Shown here: piece after piece, positions 26,657-37,779 of the stretch
How the letters are laid out: the number at the start of each line of letters is the position of its first letter
Numbering within the stretch: position 1 is the stretch's first letter
DNA from: a plasmid
Direction: 5' to 3' (one strand)
Sequence record: NZ_CP145111.1
Length of the DNA stretch: 64,000 nt
Translations under genes and position numbers: made by a program
Notes under the pieces: generated by a model
What the model was told of the DNA's origin: nothing
The model's input: only the letters and a program-made list of their open reading frames with translations
Databases searched by the model: none

Positions 26657-29600
26657 TGACAGAAACTAAAGAGTTGCGGCATGCCGGTATTGGCATTGAT
26701 CTTAACGTCAATGGACTAGAGGAATTTCGTAAGGCAAACTCGATGCTTGATGACTTCATGCGTTCGTTTCATGAAATCACTGGTCAGGCTGATAAACTAA
26801 AAGAATCACTAGGTTCTGGGCTTAACATATCTCGTGATGTTAATCAGTCTAAAGACAGCATGGCTGGATTTCGAAGTGAGTTCCGCAAGACGGCCCAGCA
26901 GGCTGATACCTTTAAACACAATCTGGACTTTTCCAACGTAGGGGCTAAAGACACTGAATCGATGCGTAAGCTCAACGATCAAGTCGGCAAGCTACGTTCT
27001 GACAAGATCACGCAGATCAAGGCTGAGATGCAGGGATCAAATAAGTCAACGAACGATGGTTCTGAGGCAATTAAAAAATATAGTAATCACGTAGATGAAG
27101 CTCATCATCGCATGCGTCGGCTACATGACATTATCTTCGGCAGCTTTGTAGGAACAGCCATTTCTAATGGCTTGCAGAACATGGCATCAGGTATTCAAAA
27201 CGTCGTCAAATCGGGCTATGAATTAGCTGAAGGTGGCGAACAAATTCGCAATCAGTGGAAAGATATTGGGCTAAGCAAAGCACAAGCCAAGGGCATGACC
27301 GATCAGATTGGTGAGATTCGTAGTAAGTCAAATATGGCTGGTTCAGCAATTGATGCGATGCAAAAGAAGTTTTATGCAGTGACGAACAGTGTGCCACAGG
27401 CAAAGAAGTTTACGAATGAAATTGCAGCGTTCGGTGCAGCTGCAAACAAGTCCAGTCAGCAGATTCAGCAAATCTCTATGGGTGTTGCTAAATTAGCTGG
27501 ATCTAAGAAAGTTTCGGCTGGATTTTTTCAACGTTCAATTGGACAGCTACCAGCATTCCAAAAAGCAATCATTTCAGCTAGCGGCATGACAACCAAGGCC
27601 TTTAACGATCAGTTGAAGAATGGCAAACTGACTGGTGCTAAGCTACAGCAGTACATGACAACTGCCGCTAAGATGAGCAGTAAGGAATGGGCCAATTTTA
27701 GCAAGACGACTAAGGGGCAACTGGCCGGAATTGAAGGGACTTGGCAAAACTTAAAAGCAAAATTCGCTGGTCCCCTCGTTGAGGGTATGGCTAAGGCCTT
27801 AGAATCGGTTGATAGCAAGAAAGGTGGCCTAGGCGACGTTAAAAAGCAATTGCAAGGCATTGCAGAAGCTTTGGGCGCTAAGATGGGCAATTATATTGGT
27901 GAGGCCATCAAATTCTTGGTTAAAAACCGGAAGGCTTTGTCTGAGATCGCTAGTTCTGTATTTACCATTGGTAAAAATTTAGCTATTGGGGCTTGGAAGC
28001 CTATTGCGTCGATCATCAAAACTATTGGTGGTCAAAGCGGCAAAGCTTCTAAAGGTTTGCGTGGATTTGGGGACGCGTTAAATGCTATTTCTAAACACAA
28101 GAGTGCTATTCAGTCTGTAGGTAAGGTTCTTATGGGTATGTTTGCCGCCAAGAAGCTTTTAGGCATGGGTACTAGGATTCTGGGACTAAGAAAGCACATT
28201 TTAGAGTTCACATCATCAACGAGATTAATGGGATCAGCCATTAAATTGCTTCCCTGGGCTTTGTGGATTGCAGGTATTGCCGCGGCAATTGCAATCTTAG
28301 TTAAGCTATACCAGCATGATAAAAAATTCCGCAAGTTTGTTAATGGCATTATAGCATCAACTAGAAAGATGGCTAAGTCGTTTAAAAATTTGTGGGGAGA
28401 CGCCAAAGGTATCTTTAAAAATGGATTTAAGACAATTGAAAGCATTGTTAATGTTGGAATTGATGTTCTAACTGGCGATTGGAAAGGCTTTAAGAAAGAC
28501 GGCGTTAAGCTGATCAAATCATTTTGGTCCTTAGCCAAAGACGTCTTTAAGGCTGACTTTGACTTTATCAATGATCTGACTGGTGGAAAATTAGAAAAAA
28601 TGACTAAGGCATTTAGAAATACTTGGAAAGATATTGGCAAGGGCTGGAAATCATTTTGGAATGGTATATCTGATTGGTTTGGCGATCTCTGGAAAGGTAT
28701 CGTTAACCACGTTCAAGATGGTATCAACAATGTCATCAAAGTTCTTAACTCAGGAATCAGCGGTATTGATTCAGTCATTCACGCATTTGGTGGATCTAGC
28801 AAAGCAATTGGAAAAATTAATCCAGTTCACTTAGCAACAGGGACTGGTGCTCTGTCTGGTCAGCGTAGAGCGATTACTAAGCCAACCATGGCGATGCTGA
28901 ATGATGGCCATGATTCGCCAGAAACTGGTAATCGAGAAATGCTAATTCACCCTAATGGTATGGGTGAACTGATTAAGGGAACCAATATTATGCGCATGTT
29001 AGAGCCGGGCGCTGAAGTGCTGAATGCCACGGAAACCAAAATGGCTATGAGCATGCAACACTTTGCTTCGGGTACTGGCTTCTTTAATAATCTCTGGAAG
29101 GGGACTAAAAAGGTGGCTGCTGACGCAGTCGGTGGTGTCGAATCAGGCATTTCAGGCATTGGTAATTTTGCGTCGAAAGCTTGGCATGGTACGACACACT
29201 TGCTGAGCACGATTCAAAAGATTATTTCCGGACCTGGCAAGTATTTAAATAGTCTTATGGGCAAGAAGCCATCAGGACAAGGCACTATTCTTAGCGACTT
29301 TGCCGGTGGCTTTTATAATTCCATGAAAAAACAAGCCTCGACTTGGTGGTCCTCACTTTGGTCAATGGCATCTGGAGTGCTAGATAGTAGTGGAACTGGT
29401 GGCAGTTGGCGTCATGATCCAGGATTGACTAAGACCAATGGATTTGGAGCATCTCGTAGCTTTGGATCACATGACGGCGTGGATTTTTCTGGGCCGTTGG
29501 GATCTCCTATTTTAGCAGTTCATGGTGGTAAAGTTACACACACCGGTCGGCCATTACACGGATGGCCTTATAGTCAGCTTGGAGATGTTATCACAGTTGC

Positions 29601-30606
29601 TAGTGATGATGGGTACCAAGAAATTTATCAAGAATTTGGCGGAATGAACAATATTAAAACTAGTACGGGAGATATCATCAAGACTGGACAGAAGATTGCT
29701 ACTTTAGGTCGCTTGAATGGGGCTGGTAGCGGATCACACGTTCATATTGGGGTGTCTCATGGTTCCCTTTGGGACCATGGTGGATCTAATACTAGTGGGT
29801 GGTATGACGTTACTAAGATGCATGGTAAGGATAATGGGTCATCAAAACTAAGCCACTCTCACACTGGTGGAGCTATGTATAAGCTCATTCAACAGGAAAC
29901 TGGTGGAATGATGGGGTGGATTAAGAAGCATCTATCACCGCTTATGGATGATGGTGGTGGTTCGATGGGTAATCCCGGTGGCGCCGGTGTTCAGCGTTGG
30001 AGATCTTATGTCAAAAAGGCCTTGAATGCTTTGAATCTGTCTACTTCCGGATCAATGGTCGATAGAATTCTACGTCAGATAAATACGGAATCTAGTGGTA
30101 ATCCAAAGGCTATGGGTGGTACAGATGGATTGAGTGATGGTCATGCAGAAGGACTTATGCAAGTAAAACCGGGAACTTTTGCTGCCAATAAATTATCCGG
30201 ACATGGCAACATTTGGAATGGATATGACAATATCCTTGCTGGACTTAACTACGCCAAGCACCGATATGGAAGTGGCCTAAGCTTTTTGGGAAATGGACAT
30301 GGTTATGCTAAGGGCGGAAAAATACCAAAGGGCCAACTTTCAGTTGTTGGGGAAAAAGGTTGGGAACTTTTCCAGCCCAACACTTCGGGAACAGTGATTC
30401 CACACGAAGCTTCAGAGAGATTGATTAATGGTAGCGGCAAAGGCAAAGTCTCAATTAGTGCACCCACTAAGGTGGTTATTCAAGGTAACGCTGACAAGTC
30501 AGCAATTGACGAGTTAGATAGTCGGTTAGAAAAACGTAATGATGATTTAGTTGAAAAGCTCCGAGAACTTTGGGGACTAAACGATGAAGGAGGGCTTACT
30601 GTCTGA
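26653..30606 (+). CDS. tail tape measure protein with M23 peptidase and lytic transglycosylase domains
   Basis: 1317 aa. M23 motifs HDGVDFSG...GSHVHIGV. SLT-like ESSGNPKAMG...EGLMQVKPGTF. Confidence 0.9.
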   Translation: MMTETKELRHAGIGIDLNVNGLEEFRKANSMLDDFMRSFHEITGQADKLKESLGSGLNISRDVNQSKDSMAGFRSEFRKTAQQADTFKHNLDFSNVGAKDTESMRKLNDQVGKLRSDKITQIKAEMQGSNKSTNDGSEAIKKYSNHVDEAHHRMRRLHDIIFGSFVGTAISNGLQNMASGIQNVVKSGYELAEGGEQIRNQWKDIGLSKAQAKGMTDQIGEIRSKSNMAGSAIDAMQKKFYAVTNSVPQAKKFTNEIAAFGAAANKSSQQIQQISMGVAKLAGSKKVSAGFFQRSIGQLPAFQKAIISASGMTTKAFNDQLKNGKLTGAKLQQYMTTAAKMSSKEWANFSKTTKGQLAGIEGTWQNLKAKFAGPLVEGMAKALESVDSKKGGLGDVKKQLQGIAEALGAKMGNYIGEAIKFLVKNRKALSEIASSVFTIGKNLAIGAWKPIASIIKTIGGQSGKASKGLRGFGDALNAISKHKSAIQSVGKVLMGMFAAKKLLGMGTRILGLRKHILEFTSSTRLMGSAIKLLPWALWIAGIAAAIAILVKLYQHDKKFRKFVNGIIASTRKMAKSFKNLWGDAKGIFKNGFKTIESIVNVGIDVLTGDWKGFKKDGVKLIKSFWSLAKDVFKADFDFINDLTGGKLEKMTKAFRNTWKDIGKGWKSFWNGISDWFGDLWKGIVNHVQDGINNVIKVLNSGISGIDSVIHAFGGSSKAIGKINPVHLATGTGALSGQRRAITKPTMAMLNDGHDSPETGNREMLIHPNGMGELIKGTNIMRMLEPGAEVLNATETKMAMSMQHFASGTGFFNNLWKGTKKVAADAVGGVESGISGIGNFASKAWHGTTHLLSTIQKIISGPGKYLNSLMGKKPSGQGTILSDFAGGFYNSMKKQASTWWSSLWSMASGVLDSSGTGGSWRHDPGLTKTNGFGASRSFGSHDGVDFSGPLGSPILAVHGGKVTHTGRPLHGWPYSQLGDVITVASDDGYQEIYQEFGGMNNIKTSTGDIIKTGQKIATLGRLNGAGSGSHVHIGVSHGSLWDHGGSNTSGWYDVTKMHGKDNGSSKLSHSHTGGAMYKLIQQETGGMMGWIKKHLSPLMDDGGGSMGNPGGAGVQRWRSYVKKALNALNLSTSGSMVDRILRQINTESSGNPKAMGGTDGLSDGHAEGLMQVKPGTFAANKLSGHGNIWNGYDNILAGLNYAKHRYGSGLSFLGNGHGYAKGGKIPKGQLSVVGEKGWELFQPNTSGTVIPHEASERLINGSGKGKVSISAPTKVVIQGNADKSAIDELDSRLEKRNDDLVEKLRELWGLNDEGGLTV

Positions 30607-31790
30607 TGGCTAGAAAAACGAAGAAGCTTAATTTAAAGGGTAAGAGTGACAAGAAGATTGCCAACGAAGCGCAGAAATGGAAGAAAACTGTTTCTGCTGA
30701 TGCGGCCAAGATTTCCAAGGCCGGTAAGGCGATTACTGCCGCCCAAAAGAAAATTGACACAGCTAATGACTATCTAAACAAATCCGATGGCTATAAAGCT
30801 AAGAGTTCAGCTTACGACGCTCTTGAAACTCAAATCGAAGCGCAAGAGAAGTTGCTTGCTAAGACAAAGAGTTCTTCCAAGAAGAAAACAATTACTTCCA
30901 AAATTACGTCACTGAAAAAAGATAAAAAATCATTAGTAAGTGATATGAAGAAGATTGCCTCCTCAGCTGGTTACCAGAAACAAATGTCAGCAAAAGCCAA
31001 AGCACAAGCGAACATTAAAACGGAAAAAAGCAAGATTAGCAGTTTAAAGGCTAAGAAGTCTAAAGACAAAAAAATTTATGGTCAATATTCTTCTACAAAT
31101 GCTGCACGCAAGTTAGCTGCACGGAAAAAGCTTCAAAAGGCTAATGGCAAGCGTATTAGTTCTAAGATTAAAGCAGTCAAGAAAAAGTATGGTGGCCAAA
31201 CGGCTATCTATCGTGCTGATTTAAAGACTAGTCGAGTATTTATGCTAGGGGAATTTGATCCGTCAGAAACTAATGATCAAGATGTGCCAACTAATGCAGT
31301 TGACAAGTCTGATCCACGAACTAACTACAGCGTACGTAATTCTAAACAATTATCCGGGACTTACTATTTATTTGGTAAGTCTTTTTCTGATTGTGATAAG
31401 CAGTATGAAATCTTACAAGGTTGGGCACGTAAGGGCGTTGAGGTCACTGTACGAGGCTTCTCTAAGTGGAATCATGCTTATCTATCGTCAGTTGGCAAGA
31501 CGGCTTATACAGCAGGCAATAAAAATAGCATGCAGCTATCAATTACCTTCACGTATGCCCAAAAAGACAAAATTGCTTATGCCAATAAAAAGACTAAAAA
31601 GAAGTCGAAGTCTTCGACGGGAGCAAAGAGCGGTACCAAGAAAACAACGCATAAAACAGTAACGGTAAAGTCTGGTATGACTTATTGGTCAATTGCCCAA
31701 AGCCATAATGTGTCAGTTTCCAGCCTGGAAAAGATGAATAAGTGGCCCGCTGCTAAGTTGCCGGTTGGTGTGAAAGTGAGGTATCAATGA
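30606..31790 (+). CDS. LysM-domain tail protein (XkdP-like) with Lys-rich N-terminal half
   Basis: C-terminal LysM YTVKSGMTYWSIAQSHNVSVSSLEKMN. Confidence 0.65.
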   Translation: MARKTKKLNLKGKSDKKIANEAQKWKKTVSADAAKISKAGKAITAAQKKIDTANDYLNKSDGYKAKSSAYDALETQIEAQEKLLAKTKSSSKKKTITSKITSLKKDKKSLVSDMKKIASSAGYQKQMSAKAKAQANIKTEKSKISSLKAKKSKDKKIYGQYSSTNAARKLAARKKLQKANGKRISSKIKAVKKKYGGQTAIYRADLKTSRVFMLGEFDPSETNDQDVPTNAVDKSDPRTNYSVRNSKQLSGTYYLFGKSFSDCDKQYEILQGWARKGVEVTVRGFSKWNHAYLSSVGKTAYTAGNKNSMQLSITFTYAQKDKIAYANKKTKKKSKSSTGAKSGTKKTTHKTVTVKSGMTYWSIAQSHNVSVSSLEKMNKWPAAKLPVGVKVRYQ

Positions 31791-32125
31791 TGACTGTTCA
31801 TGACACGATACCAATCGAACCAGATGATATGCCATATAATCGTCAAGTAGATTTAGATTCAGGAAGTTATATCTTTGGATTTCAATGGAATGAAATTGAT
31901 CGTACCTTTACGATAGACGTTTCCACGCTTGATGGTGTTGCTATTCGTCAAGGCGAAGTGCTGGTGCTTAACCAACCACTTTGGCGGAATATTAACATTG
32001 ATGGCTTGCCGGCAGAAACGATTATTCCTCTGGACGAGTCCGGAAATGAAATTGAAATCGATCCAGGCAATCTGGGTGATACCGTTAATTTATGCATTGA
32101 TGATATTCCTGATGGCGAGGTGTGA
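31787..32125 (+). CDS. hypothetical tail protein (112 aa)
   Basis: ORF within the baseplate block. Confidence 0.4.
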   Translation: MMTVHDTIPIEPDDMPYNRQVDLDSGSYIFGFQWNEIDRTFTIDVSTLDGVAIRQGEVLVLNQPLWRNINIDGLPAETIIPLDESGNEIEIDPGNLGDTVNLCIDDIPDGEV

Positions 32126-32130
32126 TTGTA

Positions 32131-33063
32131 ATGTCAGTAAAAGTTAAAAGTGACGGTTACTATTGGGGATATACGACAACTATCGTGATTACTCACAACG
32201 GGGCCAAACTCACTTTATCTGAAAAAAACAGTGTTCCGATCAATTATGAAGTACCGTCTGATGACGGTGGCAGTCCGGCAACGTGTACAGTCACCGTTTT
32301 TAATTTGGCCAAAACACACCTCAATAAGATTCATAAAGGCGACCATATAACGCTGCATACGGGACCAACAGGGCTCTATGGTCTACTTACCGAGGGGACC
32401 ATTTCGCAAGTCTCACCGGAGACGAGAGACGGCATGGATAAGGAAACACAGATTACGTTCACTGAAGGTAAGGACTACAGCAAAGAAAAACGATTGTACA
32501 GCAAATTTAATGGTTCAAAAATGGTTACACATAAGGTTAAGACGAGCGACGGTAAGACAATTTCTTATCAAACTAAGCAAGTTAAAAAGGTAAACATTGC
32601 CTTTAAAAAGAATGTTAAAGCTAGTCAAATTATCGCTAGGATTAAACGCGACGCTAAGATTGACATTTCCACAGTGCATTTAAAAAAGAACAAGGTTTAC
32701 AAGAAAGGATACTCGCTTTCATCTAAGCCATTGGCCGCTATTAAATCAATCGCTAAGGATTGTGGGAGCAAGGTCTACTATCGACGAGGTGCAATTTATA
32801 TTGATGATTGGCAGAAGCCTAACCCATACAATGAGCATTTATATCTAGCGATGACTAATGGGCTAACGCAAGAGCCAACCTATAACAGCACTGACGATGG
32901 TTCAGCAACCTGGACGCTAGAGTGTTTCGATGATCCACGAATACTAGCTGGCTCAGCTGTCTATGTAAAATCGACGGAGATTACTGGATTGAAACGAGTG
33001 AAGAGTGTTACCCATACGCACGATCGAGATAGTTACAAAATGGAGGTGGTTGTTTATGCCTAA
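32131..33063 (+). CDS. XkdQ / late control D-like tail protein
   Basis: ~310 aa, in the position of XkdQ in PBSX-like order. Confidence 0.5.
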   Translation: MSVKVKSDGYYWGYTTTIVITHNGAKLTLSEKNSVPINYEVPSDDGGSPATCTVTVFNLAKTHLNKIHKGDHITLHTGPTGLYGLLTEGTISQVSPETRDGMDKETQITFTEGKDYSKEKRLYSKFNGSKMVTHKVKTSDGKTISYQTKQVKKVNIAFKKNVKASQIIARIKRDAKIDISTVHLKKNKVYKKGYSLSSKPLAAIKSIAKDCGSKVYYRRGAIYIDDWQKPNPYNEHLYLAMTNGLTQEPTYNSTDDGSATWTLECFDDPRILAGSAVYVKSTEITGLKRVKSVTHTHDRDSYKMEVVVYA

Positions 33064-33469
33064 AGTTAAAAAGAAAGTGGTTGATCCCAAGCACAAGATG
33101 TCTGATTTTCTGGAAAAAGAACTAATCCCGTTGATTTCGTCGCAGATTAATTGCACCATGATTGGCCGGGTCATTTCATACAGAAAAACTGATCATCGTT
33201 GTAGTGTTCAACCGTTGCCGCTACAGTCTGACGGGGACAAGCGCGCGCCTCTAGTTGAGTGCGTGGTGCCATCGTCAATTTGGCAACTTGATGAAGTTCT
33301 TGGGAAACTAAGCAAAAGTTGGAAGCCAATGAAAGTCGGTTCAGTTGTGAGCATTGGCTTTTGCGATCGTGAAATGGACAACTGGACGGGTAAGAGCAAC
33401 TACAAAATTGAAACCAAACGGGTTCACAGCCTACAAGACACAATTATACAGGCGGTGATTTTACCATGA
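33056..33469 (+). CDS. XkdR-like baseplate protein
   Basis: 137-aa ORF MPKVKKKVVDPK... Confidence 0.45.
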   Translation: MPKVKKKVVDPKHKMSDFLEKELIPLISSQINCTMIGRVISYRKTDHRCSVQPLPLQSDGDKRAPLVECVVPSSIWQLDEVLGKLSKSWKPMKVGSVVSIGFCDREMDNWTGKSNYKIETKRVHSLQDTIIQAVILP

Positions 33470-33864
33470 TTGCTTTTGGATTAGATGACACCGGTGACCT
33501 GGATTTTGATGCCAACACTGGTGTTTTTAATTTGGTTGAAGATGACGACGAGTTGGCACAAAAGCTAAGCTTATTGCTCAATATCAACACGGCAGAACTT
33601 ATGTGGAACGAGGATATTGGGATTGATCATAATGATCTACTAGCCAATGCAGACGATCAAGGGGTTATCCAGTCAATTCTCGCTGATTACTTACAGGAAC
33701 AATGGCCCGAAGAATTTGATGCGGTTGAGATCACTGACTTTGAGGTGAATGCTGAACAGCGAATCACTAACTTGTCAGCGACAGTAACCCTTAATGGCGG
33801 CACCACAATTGCGGCAACAGTCGGAGTAGATGAAGGAGGCGACGTTGATGCCACTAACGACTGA
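33466..33864 (+). CDS. XkdS-like baseplate protein
   Basis: 132 aa, acidic. Precedes the baseplate J gene. Confidence 0.45.
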   Translation: MIAFGLDDTGDLDFDANTGVFNLVEDDDELAQKLSLLLNINTAELMWNEDIGIDHNDLLANADDQGVIQSILADYLQEQWPEEFDAVEITDFEVNAEQRITNLSATVTLNGGTTIAATVGVDEGGDVDATND

Positions 33865-35083
33865 TACAGGATTTGACCGAAAAGAATTAGACGACTTACG
33901 TGATGATATTAATGCACTATTCATTAAGCGGTTTGGTGACGGCATTGACTTAGATGACAGTCAGACACCCGGCATGCTGGCAGGCGTGTTATCTGAGGTA
34001 GACGATACATTGGAAAAACTGGCCCAAGGCGTTTATAACTCATTCTTTGTGCTGAAAAGTTCCGGTGCTAACTTAGACGACTTGGCGGCAGAACTTAAGG
34101 TCTATCGTAAGCCTGCAACGAATGCTTATGTAGACTTGCAAATTGACGGGTACGTAGACCCAGATTCACCAACAATCATTCCAGAAGAAACGCAATTTTC
34201 CACACCAGATGGACAGGTATTTTCGACCGTTGCTGACACGACGATTACACAACAAGCTACTTACGTTGATAGTGGGGGTAATACGCAACCATTAGAAGAC
34301 GACGACGGTAATGCATTAGGCAGGAAGATCGTTCAAGCGGTAGCCATCGAGACGGGCACAGCTTCGAATGTCATGCCCAATACGATCATTAATCCGGAAG
34401 ACTCAATTGACGGTTTTTATGCGGTGACAAATCCTTCCGCAGCAACCGGTGGTGGTGATCCAGAAACGGATGACGAGCTACGTCAGCGCGTACTAGCTAA
34501 CCGTTTAAATACACCCAATTCAACGCCAAATGGCATTCAAACCGCTGTTAAAAATCTATCTGGGGTTACCGACGTCCGACTGATTAACAACAACACCATG
34601 AGCAAAGATAGTTACGGCAATCCGGCCAAGTCAGTACATTTGTATGTCATTGGCGGTGCTGATGCTGATATTATCCAAACTTACTTTGATTACTTACCAC
34701 CGCAATCCAACACGATTGGCTCAGTGATGGGGACTGCGACGGATATTGGTGGCCGTCAACACATTGTGGCTTTTGATCGAGCAGAAACGGTCCCTGTCTT
34801 CATTAAAGTCGATATTCATATTGATGATACAAAGTTTGATACGGACAATGGACCGGCCAGCATTAAAACAAACATCGTTAATTACTTTGACACATTGGGC
34901 ATGGGCGATAAGGTACTTTATTCTAAATTATTTGCTCCCGCGTATTCGCCGGTTGGTGTCACTGATGTGACACTAACACTGGGAACCAGTTTAGATAAAT
35001 TAACGGAGGCTGATGTAAGCGTTAGTGATTTTCAACTAGCGGTAACCAGTTCAACTAATATCACGGTCAATATAATCAAGTGA
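33848..35083 (+). CDS. baseplate J-like protein (XkdT)
   Basis: 411 aa. Position and size match baseplate J. Confidence 0.6.
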   Translation: MPLTTDTGFDRKELDDLRDDINALFIKRFGDGIDLDDSQTPGMLAGVLSEVDDTLEKLAQGVYNSFFVLKSSGANLDDLAAELKVYRKPATNAYVDLQIDGYVDPDSPTIIPEETQFSTPDGQVFSTVADTTITQQATYVDSGGNTQPLEDDDGNALGRKIVQAVAIETGTASNVMPNTIINPEDSIDGFYAVTNPSAATGGGDPETDDELRQRVLANRLNTPNSTPNGIQTAVKNLSGVTDVRLINNNTMSKDSYGNPAKSVHLYVIGGADADIIQTYFDYLPPQSNTIGSVMGTATDIGGRQHIVAFDRAETVPVFIKVDIHIDDTKFDTDNGPASIKTNIVNYFDTLGMGDKVLYSKLFAPAYSPVGVTDVTLTLGTSLDKLTEADVSVSDFQLAVTSSTNITVNIIK

Positions 35084-35092
35084 GGTGACTAG

Positions 35093-35695
35093 ATGTACCA
35101 AACTGAAGCAGATTTATCAAACGATTCGCTACGCGATTGGATAACGGCCATGCTGCCTGGAAAGCTTAATCAAGAAGATGATTCCAACAACCAACGGCTT
35201 CTCAATATTATCAGCGATATTTTTTTGGCACATAAGAATGACTTGCTCAACATTTCGGACCAATTGCGACTGTCAAAAGCTTCTGGTCAAGTTTTAACTG
35301 AAATTGCGGCAGATTACGGTGTCACACGGCTTGATGACGATGATGATTTTTTGCGCTTTCAGGTACGGTTACAGTTGCTTAAAAATCATAGTGGTGTGAC
35401 AACCAATGACATCAAAAAGCTCATTGCAACGGTCTTAAGCATTGATCCTAGCGTGTTTGATATTGATGGCACAGATAATCCAGAAGAGATCGAAGTGACC
35501 AATATTCCGTTTGACTTCAACTCTGGCGATAAGGCTGAGATCAAACGGAAGATTTTAACAAACGCGATTCAGTCAATGCTACCGCCAGAATATTTGTTGA
35601 AAGACTTACAGTACGCCGTAACGGCCAATAAGCCATTATATGTGGCTGTACATGCCCAAGCATATTCACAGATAACCGTAAAGGAGACGATATAA
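35093..35695 (+). CDS. XkdU-like tail protein
   Basis: 200 aa after the baseplate J gene. Confidence 0.5.
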   Translation: MYQTEADLSNDSLRDWITAMLPGKLNQEDDSNNQRLLNIISDIFLAHKNDLLNISDQLRLSKASGQVLTEIAADYGVTRLDDDDDFLRFQVRLQLLKNHSGVTTNDIKKLIATVLSIDPSVFDIDGTDNPEEIEVTNIPFDFNSGDKAEIKRKILTNAIQSMLPPEYLLKDLQYAVTANKPLYVAVHAQAYSQITVKETI

Positions 35696-37374
35696 TGGCA
35701 ACACCAAACGTTGGTATCTTAACCACCGCCGGTAAAGCTTTAATTGATAAGGTGAATTCCGGTCAAGCAAAAATAAGTTTCAGCAAAATTGTCTTTTCAT
35801 CGATGGATAATTCCCAATTATCCGATATGCAAGTCAAGGCTTTAACCGCAATTGCCCCACAAGAGGTGGTGGTTAGTTCACCAGAAACGACACTGGACAC
35901 CAATTCTGGAGAGACTCGTATTCGAGCTACCGGGACTAATGAAAAATTAGCCGACGGCGTATACGTTAAAACCTACGGGGTCTTCGCCAAAGACGATACC
36001 GGCAGCGAAATTTTATATGGTGTGACCGTATCACCCAACCCCAACTACTTCCCTGCTTATGATGGTGTCACCCCACAAGCAGTGACTTACAGCTACAAAA
36101 CTGTCATTCAAGAGACTAGCAATATTACCATGACGAACTCGAATGATGTGTATGCCAGTCAGGAAGACTTAACAGAAGCATTACAGCCTTATATCAAGAC
36201 AGTTGACGTTAATCAGCAACTGGATAAAAAAGTGAATATTGCTGATATGCGTAAACCAGCCAGCGATGTAGCGGGAATTGAAGAAGTTAACGCCAAACAA
36301 GATAAAATTGGCTACACACCTGCCGACGATTCCAAAGTTTTGCATTCAACTGTAACTCCATTAAATTCAACGGATATGAATACTGTTTTAACTGCTGGAT
36401 TTTATCAGTTATTTAATGGAACTAATGGAATACCGAATGGAGATAATTGGACTCTTTATCAGGTAATTCCTTTAGGTAGTTCAAATAGTACAAATGGGAT
36501 TCAACTTGCATACGAAACAAATAACACTGTTTTAGGAATACGTTCTTGGGATACTTGGGGTAGTGGTACTCATTTTTCTAATTGGGTTCAGTTTGCTGAC
36601 GATTCCAAAGTTGTTCACAGTTCAGATATGCGTAAACCAGCCAGTGATGTGGCAGGAATTGAAGAAGTTAATGCTAAACAGGATAAAATTGGTTACACGC
36701 CTGCTGATGATTCCAAAGTTGCCCACCTATCTGGCACAAACAATTTTGATACCGTCCCAACGGTCAAAAATAATCCGTTATTACTAGCAAGCAGTTTACC
36801 GTCTGACCTAGCACGAACGACTAAGGATGCCAATTTTACAGGAAAACTTCAAAAGTCTGGAATTGACGTGGCTACCAAGTCTGATGTTACAACGGCTGTC
36901 AGCACTGCTACTGCTAATATGGTTGATTCCAGCAAGCCTACAAACTTCACGGCCGGATTACAGTCAGGAGGTGTCGATGTCGCAACCGCGGCTGACTTAA
37001 AAAGCATTGAAGACAGTGCTTGGCGTCAGCTAGATAATAAGTATATTACAGTTCGTTCTGGGAAACTTTCGTCAAATACAAATATTATCTATAAAATTGA
37101 CCAAATAACAAAGCGAATATACTTATCAGGTTTTGTTATCGCATCGGAGGGGGCAGCAGTAACGGTTAATCTTAGTCATATTATTAAAGCCTCAACGAGT
37201 ACAGGCAACGGTATAACCTATTATAACGGTGATAGCAACAGTTTTGGCGTATCAGGACTTGACACTGGTAATACCTTTACAATAGATACAACCGATGATG
37301 ACTATTGTTTAATTGGATTTAGAATAGGTGGAAATTCTGACCCTGCATATTTTGAATATACTGAATTAGTATAA
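35695..37374 (+). CDS. tail fiber / receptor-binding protein
   Basis: 559 aa. Contains an internal ~100-bp direct repeat (36241-36340 and 36617-36716). Confidence 0.6.
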   Translation: MATPNVGILTTAGKALIDKVNSGQAKISFSKIVFSSMDNSQLSDMQVKALTAIAPQEVVVSSPETTLDTNSGETRIRATGTNEKLADGVYVKTYGVFAKDDTGSEILYGVTVSPNPNYFPAYDGVTPQAVTYSYKTVIQETSNITMTNSNDVYASQEDLTEALQPYIKTVDVNQQLDKKVNIADMRKPASDVAGIEEVNAKQDKIGYTPADDSKVLHSTVTPLNSTDMNTVLTAGFYQLFNGTNGIPNGDNWTLYQVIPLGSSNSTNGIQLAYETNNTVLGIRSWDTWGSGTHFSNWVQFADDSKVVHSSDMRKPASDVAGIEEVNAKQDKIGYTPADDSKVAHLSGTNNFDTVPTVKNNPLLLASSLPSDLARTTKDANFTGKLQKSGIDVATKSDVTTAVSTATANMVDSSKPTNFTAGLQSGGVDVATAADLKSIEDSAWRQLDNKYITVRSGKLSSNTNIIYKIDQITKRIYLSGFVIASEGAAVTVNLSHIIKASTSTGNGITYYNGDSNSFGVSGLDTGNTFTIDTTDDDYCLIGFRIGGNSDPAYFEYTELV

Positions 37375-37391
37375 AAAGAAAGGACGATTAA

Positions 37392-37778
37392 ATGTTTATT
37401 TACATCAAATATGATACAGATGGTTTCATTACGGCTTATCAGAATAACGAAGCAGACGGGTACACGAAGGTGTTCATTCTCGATTCATGGATTACTAAGT
37501 TTGCCCAGCATTCTGACAAATTCCGGTACGATACCGATAAAAAGGTGATACTCAATCCGGGTAACCTTCCAGACGTATCCCTTGAGGAGTTGAATACCAA
37601 GTATTCCAGCGTGTTGGAAACTAGTCAGCAAGCGGTACAGTCGGCAACGGCTTTAGCACAACAGCAAACGGTATCCACAACGAGTATCAACCAGTTACAG
37701 AAGTCAATTACAGAACTTGCACTTAGTCAATCAGAAAAGAAACTTGCACTCAGTCAATCAGCAAAGGAGACGGTATAA
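37392..37778 (+). CDS. XkdW-like protein
   Basis: 128 aa following the fiber gene. Confidence 0.4.
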   Translation: MFIYIKYDTDGFITAYQNNEADGYTKVFILDSWITKFAQHSDKFRYDTDKKVILNPGNLPDVSLEELNTKYSSVLETSQQAVQSATALAQQQTVSTTSINQLQKSITELALSQSEKKLALSQSAKETV

Positions 37779-37779
37779 T

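Noticed and set aside
27609-29210. Minus-strand ORFs inside the tape measure gene (27609-27890, 28110-28640, 28947-29210) and other antisense ORFs (2406-2696, 8251-8529, 6784-7026, 7035-7271, 23920-24234, 24238-24573, 24612-25019)
   Set aside because: They are embedded opposite, or out of frame within, well-supported genes. They lack RBSs and have the low-complexity composition expected of antisense translations.
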